Below are positions 41,543 through 49,489 of a DNA stretch of 64,000 nucleotides, piece by piece. The position numbers and the translations under genes were made by a program. The notes below the pieces were generated by a model. That model searched no databases. It saw nothing but the letters and a program-made list of their open reading frames with translations, and had not been told where the DNA came from. The DNA comes from Arenicellales bacterium (lineage in GTDB: Bacteria > Pseudomonadota > Gammaproteobacteria > Arenicellales > JAJDZL01), in NCBI GenBank assembly GCA_965200545.1, contig CBDAUJ010000003.1, forward strand, positions 398,504 through 462,503, given 5' to 3'. Each line of letters opens with the position of its first letter. Positions within the stretch are counted from its first letter, which is position 1.

Positions 41543-41930
41543 GCTGGCGCTGTCCCGAAGTCTAGTCGAAATGGTGGACGACTACGCACTGCGTCACCGT
41601 GCAAGCCGAGTCAAGCAGATCAATCTTCGCCTGGGCGAGTTGTCCGCGATGACGAGAGCCCTGTATTTCTGCTTTGAATCCGTCTCCAAAGGCACCGTAT
41701 GCGAAGGCGCGACTCTTTCTATAGAGACTGTGCCCTTGACTGTCTACTGCAGTCACTGCGACGAGACCAAGAAGCCTTCGGGTCGCTACAGTTTTCGCTG
41801 CAGCGACTGCGGCATGCCCACACCCAAAGTCATCACTGGGCGCGAACTGCAGCTGGTCTCGATCGAACTGGCATCATCAGATCAGACATCAGTTGCGCTC
41901 GACACCCGCGAAACCGCCGCAACCGCATAA
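41535..41930 (+). CDS. hypA: HypA-like nickel metallochaperone
   Basis: Starts MHELAL (the MHE Ni-binding N-terminus). Zn motifs CSHC...CSDC. The ATG overlaps the hypB stop (ATGCATGA). Confidence 0.88.
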   Translation: MHELALSRSLVEMVDDYALRHRASRVKQINLRLGELSAMTRALYFCFESVSKGTVCEGATLSIETVPLTVYCSHCDETKKPSGRYSFRCSDCGMPTPKVITGRELQLVSIELASSDQTSVALDTRETAATA

Positions 41931-41958
41931 ATCGAATGGACAATCAAGTAAAAAGAAT

Positions 41959-43038
41959 ATGACAATCAGCCCAAACAATGCGTGGAGTTTCGTCGCGCAT
42001 CAGCATCAGGGGCCGCATCAGGAAACCGATACCGATGCCCATACGCGGTCTCCAAGCAAACACAACAGCAGCTTCAAGGCGGAAGGCATTCTCACTTTCA
42101 TGGGTGCGCCTTACTGTCCACCTGAACGCGACAAAGTGCGAGCCGCGGGCGCTAAAATCTGTTTTCTTGGGGCTCCTTGGGACCAAGGTACCATCGTACG
42201 CACGGGCACCTCCAGCGGACCGCACGGCATTCGCGAGGCATCATCGCAGTATTTTTCTTATATGTTTGAATATGATGTCGATTTGATGACCTTTTTTCGA
42301 GTGGTCGACTGCGGCGACATCCCGATTGTTCCGGGGAACAACACACTCTCACAGCAATACATGTGCGATTATGTCACCGAATGTCTCGAAGGCGGCGCGA
42401 AAGTGATTCTCGTCGGCGGCGACCATTCGGTCCCCATCCCCGGTGCGCGAGCCCTGTCGCAGTATCTCAGCCGCCACAACCCTGAGGGAAAAATGGGCTA
42501 TCTGCATGTGGACTGCCATTTGGATGCTGCGGTCGATTGGGCAGGCATTGAGATTACCAATGCCTCGGGGCCCACTGAAACCTTCAAGCTGCCAAACGTC
42601 AACGCCGAAAACATGGCCCACATGGGCTCACGAAACGGCTTGAACCCGAAAGACTGGATGGATTTTTGGGTCGACAACGATATGCCCATTTACTCAATGG
42701 CACAGGTTGTCGAGCGCGGCGTTGAAGTGTGCGGACGTGAAATTCTTGAGCGTGCCTGGAATGGCACCGATGCAGTTTATCTTTCTTGGGACACCGACTC
42801 GATCGACTGTAGCTGCATGCCTGGAACCAGCTGTCCTGAAAGCTATGGCCTCAATGCGCGCGAGGCGCTCGCCTTTGCGCGACTGGCCGGGCAGTTCGGT
42901 GTCGATGTGCTTGAGCTGGCAGAGCTCTCGCCCGTTTTCGATGTCAGTCAGATGAGCGCAAAACTCGCTTGCAACCTGATTTATCACTATCTCGGCAGCC
43001 GCGCCAAGACTTTGCGTGACAGCAGCCAAAGTCCTTGA
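41959..43038 (+). CDS. Arginase-fold ureohydrolase, subunit type A (copy 2), full metal-ligand set
   Basis: Co-linear with A1. GGDHSVPIPG, GYLHVDCHLD, SWDTDSID. Trimmed to MTISPNNAWSF by analogy with A1 (MNASLPSAWEF). Confidence 0.85.
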   Translation: MTISPNNAWSFVAHQHQGPHQETDTDAHTRSPSKHNSSFKAEGILTFMGAPYCPPERDKVRAAGAKICFLGAPWDQGTIVRTGTSSGPHGIREASSQYFSYMFEYDVDLMTFFRVVDCGDIPIVPGNNTLSQQYMCDYVTECLEGGAKVILVGGDHSVPIPGARALSQYLSRHNPEGKMGYLHVDCHLDAAVDWAGIEITNASGPTETFKLPNVNAENMAHMGSRNGLNPKDWMDFWVDNDMPIYSMAQVVERGVEVCGREILERAWNGTDAVYLSWDTDSIDCSCMPGTSCPESYGLNAREALAFARLAGQFGVDVLELAELSPVFDVSQMSAKLACNLIYHYLGSRAKTLRDSSQSP

Positions 43039-43093
43039 TGCCACAGGCCACAAACAGAAATCTGCTGAAGCACAAACCCATCATGGTATCCCT

Positions 43094-44137
43094 ATGAATC
43101 CTGCAAAAGCCTACTTGCATCTGTTTTCTCCGCTTGGCGGCGAAAACGCCGATAACTACCGTACGCCAGGCCAAATTTCATTTTTGCGCTCGAAGTTCAT
43201 GTCTTTGGATGACGCAGCCTTGGCGGAAACCGATGCGCCTTATGTGTTCATCGGCGTGCCGTTCGATGAAGGCAATGTGGGCAAACCCGGCAGCGAGGAC
43301 GGACCGCGCGAGTTTCGGGTTGCATCGCTGGATTATTTTCCGTTCTGGTTCGAGTTCAATGTCGATCTGCACGGCAGTGCCATCGACTGCGGCGATGTCT
43401 CGATGCCGAGAGTCAGTCCTGACGTTGCCCGCGAGCGCATCTACCGAGCGGTCAGCAAAGCGCTGGCCGCCGGCAAGACACCGATCATTTGCGGCGGCGA
43501 CCGATCGGTCTCGATACCCGCAGCCAAAGCTCTCTCAGATCATCTCGGTGCAGACCAGAAAATGGGCTATCTGCATCTGGGCGCCCATCTGGACATGGCA
43601 GACAGCTGGGCCGGCGAGCGCGAAGTCAGCACCTGTACCCTGGCGCGCATCACCGAGCTGAACAATCTCAGTATGGAGCACGTCGCGCATATCGGCGCCC
43701 GCAATTCATTCAATCCCAAAGACCATGTCGATCTCGCAAAATCCCGCAACATGCGTTTCTACCCCATGCATGAAGCCCTTGAGCGTGGCATCGATACCGT
43801 CATTGACGAAGCGGTCAGCCGCGTTTGGAACGGTACCGATGGCCAGTATCTGAGTTTCAACTTCAATGTTCTGGACTCTTCAGCCGCACCCGGCGTCACC
43901 GCCACTGAGCCTGGCGGATTGGAATCGCGCGAAATTATGCGTGTTGCCTCAAGTATCGCCAAACAGCAAGGTGTCAGCGTGATCGACGTGACCGAACTGT
44001 GCCCGATGTTTGATGTCAGCGGCTCCACTTCACGCACCGCCGTTTGTGTCGTGCTTCGAATCATGGCAGAGATTGCTCACCTGCGCGGGCAGACGCTGGA
44101 TGAATCGATTCGCCGCCCCGGCTGGCAATACAACTAA
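43094..44137 (+). CDS. Arginase-fold ureohydrolase-like protein, subunit type B (copy 2), degenerate metal ligands
   Basis: Co-linear with B1. GGDRS, LGAHLD (first Asp to Gly), SFNFN (both Asp to Asn). Trimmed to MNPAKAYLHLF by analogy with B1 (MNPVKNFEHLF). Confidence 0.8.
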   Translation: MNPAKAYLHLFSPLGGENADNYRTPGQISFLRSKFMSLDDAALAETDAPYVFIGVPFDEGNVGKPGSEDGPREFRVASLDYFPFWFEFNVDLHGSAIDCGDVSMPRVSPDVARERIYRAVSKALAAGKTPIICGGDRSVSIPAAKALSDHLGADQKMGYLHLGAHLDMADSWAGEREVSTCTLARITELNNLSMEHVAHIGARNSFNPKDHVDLAKSRNMRFYPMHEALERGIDTVIDEAVSRVWNGTDGQYLSFNFNVLDSSAAPGVTATEPGGLESREIMRVASSIAKQQGVSVIDVTELCPMFDVSGSTSRTAVCVVLRIMAEIAHLRGQTLDESIRRPGWQYN

Positions 44138-44175
44138 ATCTCATCATGCAAATTGACCTGTAGGAGGTAAGCAGA

Positions 44176-45255
44176 ATGAAATCAAGAAAGTCACATTCAT
44201 TGCGGACGCTGATGCAATGCGCTGCGACAGCGGTTGCTGTCGCACTTGGGGCCATGGTGACACAGGTATCGGCAGCTGATGCGCTCAATGTCCTGGTCTG
44301 GTGCGATCATGCCGATGAGAAACTGATCAAGCCGTTTGAAGACAAGCATAACGTAAAAGTCAATGTCAAAACCTATGAGGGCACTGGCACTGCACTGTCC
44401 ATCATTGAGCAGTCCGCTCCCGGCGACTGGGACGTGCTCGTGGTCGACGCGCCGGATGCACCGGTGGTCGCTGGCCTCGGACTACTTGCGCCGCTGAATG
44501 ATGCCGACCTGCCGCTTGATAATCTGTTCGATCCGCTGACCGCAGCCGGTTTCAATTATGTCGACGGGAATCGATACACAGTGCCGGAGAAATTCGGCTA
44601 CTACGGGGTGGTCTATAACAAAGACAAGGTTGATCCGGAAGACATGAAGTCCGCGCAAGTCATGTGGAATGACAAGTATGCGGGACGCATCGCAGTCTAC
44701 GATTACTACTTTCCGGCCATGCAGCTGATTGCCATCTCCATGGGCATCGCACCGGATGATATTACCATGGAGCACTTGCCTCAGATTCGTGAGAAACTGC
44801 TCGAAATGCGCTCGAATGTCAAAATGATCGGTGATATTGTGAGTGTGCAGAACGCGCTGGTCAATGGCGATGTGGACATTATCGTGAATGCTGCTGAATT
44901 TGCGGTCTCCAACCTCATGCCCTCGCTTCCGCATCTGGATTGGACTATTTTTGAGGAAGGCGGCCTGATCTGGATTCAAGGCCTGAGTATCATGAAAGAC
45001 TCAAAGCAAAAGGATTTAGCTCTGGAGTTCGTCAAGCATGTAATCAGCCCCGAGGGACAAAGCGCACTGGCAACTTCGGAATGCTACTGGGCGATGCCTG
45101 CCAATGCGACAACCGAACTGTCGGCAGACGAGAGAGCGATCCTGCGCTGGGATGAGCAATCCGGGTTCTTGGCGCGTTCAGTGCCATCGGCGATCAGTCA
45201 GCCGGATATCGATGCAGAAATGCTGGATATGTGGACTGAATTTTTGCAAAAATGA
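44176..45255 (+). CDS. PotD/PotF-like (family 1) ABC transporter substrate-binding protein
   Basis: AGGAGG Shine-Dalgarno, signal peptide ending VSAADA, polyamine-type SBP length and composition. Confidence 0.8.
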   Translation: MKSRKSHSLRTLMQCAATAVAVALGAMVTQVSAADALNVLVWCDHADEKLIKPFEDKHNVKVNVKTYEGTGTALSIIEQSAPGDWDVLVVDAPDAPVVAGLGLLAPLNDADLPLDNLFDPLTAAGFNYVDGNRYTVPEKFGYYGVVYNKDKVDPEDMKSAQVMWNDKYAGRIAVYDYYFPAMQLIAISMGIAPDDITMEHLPQIREKLLEMRSNVKMIGDIVSVQNALVNGDVDIIVNAAEFAVSNLMPSLPHLDWTIFEEGGLIWIQGLSIMKDSKQKDLALEFVKHVISPEGQSALATSECYWAMPANATTELSADERAILRWDEQSGFLARSVPSAISQPDIDAEMLDMWTEFLQK

Positions 45256-45386
45256 TTGAAATCAAGCGAATACTCAGGCATTCGCTACAGTGATGCCGGA
45301 CTTGATGGGGAGCTGACTTCACGTCCGGCATTACGTTATTCTGACCATAGCGTTGAGGTAATTGCATGCGATAATTCGGCACAGAC

Positions 45387-46247
45387 ATGGCGACGGCACA
45401 ACAAAAATCCCTTTTTGATTTAACGAAGTGGGCAATTCACCCGGCCTTTTGGTTCACGGTGATTTTTTTCGCTATACCGCTTGCAATCATGCTTGCCGTC
45501 AGTTTCTGGCAGCGCGTATACGGAAAACTAGCAGCGACTTGGGACTTGGCCAATTACGCAAAGTTTTTTGGCCGAGATTACCTCCTTGAATCACTGTTCA
45601 ATTCGATTGAAGTGACGGTTTTGTCGACTCTCATCAGTATTGTTCTTGCCTACCCTCTGGCCTACGCACTGGCCTATAAAGTTCCGCCACGCCTGCAGCG
45701 CCTGATACTGCTGCTGGCAGTGATGCCTTTTTGGACTGCATACGTGGTGCGCTCCTACAGCTGGCTGCTGGTGATTGCTGAAAATGGTGTCATCAACGTG
45801 ATTCTGACTGGTTTGGGGCTCGTTGAGCAACCGCTTGAAATGGCGTATAGCCGCGGTGCAACGGTGCTCGGGTTTGTTCACTTTTTCACCATGCTACTGA
45901 CCTTGACCATCTATGCGAATCTGGTTCAAATCAAGCCTTCCTACCGGAAAGCCGCCACCGACCTCGGCGCGAATTCGCTGCAGGCGTTTTTGCGCATCAC
46001 CTTGCCGCTCAGCATGCCCGGTGTAGCGGTGGGCGGCTTTATTTCGTTTGTAATTGCGATCGGCGATTACATTACTCCGCAGATTTTGGGCGGCGGCACG
46101 GAAGTTCTGGTGCCGCAGGCGATCATATTGCAAGTATCGCGCGCTGCCAACTTTCCGATGGCTTCAGTGATGAGCGTAACGCTGATGATTGTCGTGATTG
46201 TCGTCTACCTCATTTCAGCCAAGCACATGAAAATGGAGCGGGTGTAA
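45387..46247 (+). CDS. PotB-like ABC transporter permease
   Basis: Six-TM binding-protein-dependent permease with EAA-like loop (YRKAATDLGANSLQAFLRITLP). Confidence 0.85.
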   Translation: MATAQQKSLFDLTKWAIHPAFWFTVIFFAIPLAIMLAVSFWQRVYGKLAATWDLANYAKFFGRDYLLESLFNSIEVTVLSTLISIVLAYPLAYALAYKVPPRLQRLILLLAVMPFWTAYVVRSYSWLLVIAENGVINVILTGLGLVEQPLEMAYSRGATVLGFVHFFTMLLTLTIYANLVQIKPSYRKAATDLGANSLQAFLRITLPLSMPGVAVGGFISFVIAIGDYITPQILGGGTEVLVPQAIILQVSRAANFPMASVMSVTLMIVVIVVYLISAKHMKMERV

Positions 46248-47038
46248 TGCGACAGTGGCTGCGCAACATGCCGTTTTTCGGCTACATCGCGCTGGCTCTG
46301 GGGTTTATCTATCTCCCGGTTGTGGTACTGGTGATTTTTTCGTTTCAAGACGGACTGCTGCCCGTGCCGCCGTTCCATGGGCCCAGTCTGCAATGGTATG
46401 ACAAGATGCTCGAAAATGATCGTCTGGTCGACGCTTTGCTCAACTCCGTAGCTGTGGCTGTGCTATCGTCGGCAGCCACCACAGTGCTGGGATTTTTGGC
46501 CGCTTACGGAATGGTCAAGCGGCCGCCGCGCTGGATCGGCAGCATTCGGTTCGTATTGATGGCGCCGCTGACGGTGTCCTACCTGATTATTGGCATTGGC
46601 CTGCTGATCACATTGAACATCTTGGGAATACCAAAATCGCTGTTCGCTGTTGGCATCGGACACGCTGTGATCAATCTGCCGCTTTGCTTCGCAATCATTT
46701 ATTCTCAGTTCGGCGATCATATGAAGAACATTGATGCGGCGGCACGGGATCTCGGCGCAAGCGATTTTCAAACCATGATTCGAGTCATCGCGCCGATCAT
46801 GAAACCGTCTTTATTCGCTGCGTTTTGCCTTTCCGCAACACTGTCGTGGGATGAGTTTATCATTGCGTTTCTGCTGAGCCGTTTTGAAGTCACGCTGCCC
46901 GTAATAATTTTCGAGATGCTGCGGGCCGGATTGACGCCGGAGGTGAATGCGGCCGGCACTGTTGTATTCGCAATATCGTTCACGTTTGTGGCAATCGCAG
47001 CAAGCGTTATGTTTCTTAGCAACCGGAAAACACCATGA
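46247..47038 (+). CDS. PotC-like ABC transporter permease
   Basis: Start overlaps the previous stop. EAA-like loop (IDAAARDLGASDFQTMIRVIAP). Confidence 0.85.
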   Translation: MRQWLRNMPFFGYIALALGFIYLPVVVLVIFSFQDGLLPVPPFHGPSLQWYDKMLENDRLVDALLNSVAVAVLSSAATTVLGFLAAYGMVKRPPRWIGSIRFVLMAPLTVSYLIIGIGLLITLNILGIPKSLFAVGIGHAVINLPLCFAIIYSQFGDHMKNIDAAARDLGASDFQTMIRVIAPIMKPSLFAAFCLSATLSWDEFIIAFLLSRFEVTLPVIIFEMLRAGLTPEVNAAGTVVFAISFTFVAIAASVMFLSNRKTP

Positions 47039-48117
47039 GCCATGAACCGCTGGTGGTTTTAGATGGCGTGACCAAAACATTTGGTGAAGTCATCGCTGTT
47101 GATCGCGTGAGTCTGAATATTGAGCCGGGTGAATTTCTGGTTCTGCTCGGGCCATCAGGGAGCGGCAAGACAACCTTGCTTTCGATGCTCGGCGGATTCA
47201 TCACACCAACGGCCGGCAAGGTGCTGATCCGCGGCGAGGACGTTACGCACCTGCCCCCCGCGACGCGACCGACCGTCACAGTGTTTCAAGACTATGCGCT
47301 TTTCCCTCATATGAGCGTAAGTGACAACATCGGATTTGGCCTGGTGATGAGAAAAGTGCCGAAACGCGAGCGCCTGCGGCGCATATCGGCGGCACTCGAA
47401 AAAGTCGGCCTGACCGGCTTTGGCGCGCGCGGCGTTCACCAGCTCTCCGGCGGCCAGCGCCAGCGGGTTGCATTGGCGCGCGCAATCGCCGTGGAGCCGA
47501 CAGTCCTGCTGCTGGATGAGCCCCTCGGAGCACTGGATTTGAAAATTCGCCAGAAAATGCAAGCAGAGCTGGTGCATCTGCAAAAGAACCTCCATTCAAC
47601 ATTTGTCCATGTAACGCATGACCAGGATGAGGCCATGAGTATTGCAGATCATATTGCGCTGGTCAACCGTGGAAAAATTGAAGACTACGGTTCCCCAGAG
47701 CGAATCTACCTGCGTCCGGCCACTTTGTTCACGGCAAGATTCATGGGTGAAACGAATATCATTGAGGTGCAGCCGACGGCGGCCAGTGACGGCGAGAAGC
47801 TGATCGTTGACAGTCCGCTCGGCGAATTGACGCTGCCGCTTGCGAACTTGGACAGCAGCATACCCCACAATATTGCACTGCGGCCGGAGCAAATCAAATT
47901 AAGCGACGGAAACATCGCAGCCGGTCATCTGGCGCTGGGAGATGCCAAAGTGACTGAGGTCGTATTTCAAGGCACCCATCGGCTCTGTCGCGCGATAGGC
48001 GGCACGGCAATGGATACCGAACTGCTGATCAAGGTTGCGCCGGATCATCAGGTTGTGGCGGGCGATATGCTTGCTTTACAAGCGCGCAGAACCGATGTGA
48101 CGCTATTGTCGAAGTAA
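47035..48117 (+). CDS. PotA-like ABC transporter ATP-binding protein
   Basis: GPSGSGKTTLLSMLGG, LSGGQRQRVALARA, LLLDEPLGALD, plus a C-terminal TOBE-like region. Confidence 0.9.
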   Translation: MSHEPLVVLDGVTKTFGEVIAVDRVSLNIEPGEFLVLLGPSGSGKTTLLSMLGGFITPTAGKVLIRGEDVTHLPPATRPTVTVFQDYALFPHMSVSDNIGFGLVMRKVPKRERLRRISAALEKVGLTGFGARGVHQLSGGQRQRVALARAIAVEPTVLLLDEPLGALDLKIRQKMQAELVHLQKNLHSTFVHVTHDQDEAMSIADHIALVNRGKIEDYGSPERIYLRPATLFTARFMGETNIIEVQPTAASDGEKLIVDSPLGELTLPLANLDSSIPHNIALRPEQIKLSDGNIAAGHLALGDAKVTEVVFQGTHRLCRAIGGTAMDTELLIKVAPDHQVVAGDMLALQARRTDVTLLSK

Positions 48118-48296
48118 CGACCTGGATTCAAGTGTGCATCGGCGAGTGTCGATTTCATCTGCAAACGCGCGCTGGCCGCGATGCGAGCCTCGCTATTTTC
48201 CCCGCAATGCAAGCGATACGCCGAAGCGCAACTGAACTGGAGCTGTCGAAATGCCGATGACGAGAAACCGCTCAAATCTGCATAGACGATCGACTC

Positions 48297-49190
48297 ATGC
48301 ATGACAGGCCAGTGCTCATGCCCAGCATTGTTGTCTCTGCCGGTGCGGCAATATGGGGTCTTTTCTGGATACCCGTCCGTCAGCTGGACAGCAACGGAAT
48401 TTCGGCCGCATGGACATCACTGATTGCGCTGGGATTGATTGGCATTGTGTTCGTGGTGCTGTTTGCGACTCGATATCTCAAAACGCGTCGAATTCCTTGG
48501 AATGTACTGCTGACCGGGTTAATTGGCGGCGGGTACTTCGTGCTGTATACCTGCGCGCTGATACTCACAGAAGTCGTCAAGGCGATCTTGCTGATTTACC
48601 TGGCTCCAATCTGGAGCATTATGCTCGGCAGATTTATGCTCAACGAGAAAATAACGACGTATCGCGTGATCGCAGTCTGCTGCGGCATTTCTGGCCTGGT
48701 CGTCGTGCTGGGCATTTCAGACGGCAATTTGCGATGGACCGAAGTCGGCGACTTGATGGCGCTTGTCGCCGGGTTTCTCTGGTCCTTCGCGGCAGTTCGA
48801 ATCAGGCAGCGTCCAGAAATTCCAGTGTGGGAGCAGGTCGGCGCCTTTCACATCGGCGGCGCGCTGATCGCAGCACTGTTCATTATCATGCCATTTCAAG
48901 GGCTGCAAAAAACACCCGCTTTGAACGCATTGGTCGATTCCGTCTTGTGGCTAGCAGTTTTTATGTTCTTTTTTGTCATAGCAGTTTATCTCGTTTGGTG
49001 GGGTACGCGAATTCTAAGTCCCACACGAGTCGGTTTGCTCTCGATGACAGAAGTGGCATTCGGAGTCGGTTCGGCTGCGATTTTAGCTGGAGAGCCGTTC
49101 GGCTGGGTGCAAGTTACTGGCGTAATTCTGATTCTGTCGGCGGCATTTATTGATGTGCTTGATCGATTTCCAAATTCAAGCTCCGCCTGA
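48297..49190 (+). CDS. EamA/DMT-superfamily transporter
   Basis: About 10 predicted TM helices in two similar halves, 297 aa. Confidence 0.75.
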   Translation: MHDRPVLMPSIVVSAGAAIWGLFWIPVRQLDSNGISAAWTSLIALGLIGIVFVVLFATRYLKTRRIPWNVLLTGLIGGGYFVLYTCALILTEVVKAILLIYLAPIWSIMLGRFMLNEKITTYRVIAVCCGISGLVVVLGISDGNLRWTEVGDLMALVAGFLWSFAAVRIRQRPEIPVWEQVGAFHIGGALIAALFIIMPFQGLQKTPALNALVDSVLWLAVFMFFFVIAVYLVWWGTRILSPTRVGLLSMTEVAFGVGSAAILAGEPFGWVQVTGVILILSAAFIDVLDRFPNSSSA

Positions 49191-49489
49191 TCGATGCGCA
49201 TCCCCAATTCGAAATTTGATCTCGCATGGCGGCCAATTCAGCCATTTTCATCCGTTCGTACTCAACTTGATGCCGCAGTCACTGCATACACTGGCAGCAA
49301 ACTCTTTTCCGCCCAGTTTAACGAAACAACAATAACGCACAAACATGAGGATACAAATCACACTGCATCCATTTTGGTTGAAGACGAGACAACCAGAAAA
49401 CTTTATTTTCGTCATGCATGTGATCAGTGGTGCAGTCCGGAATCACATCGCAAAATGCCGCGCGCAACTGCCAGCCTGATCGAATCCTT

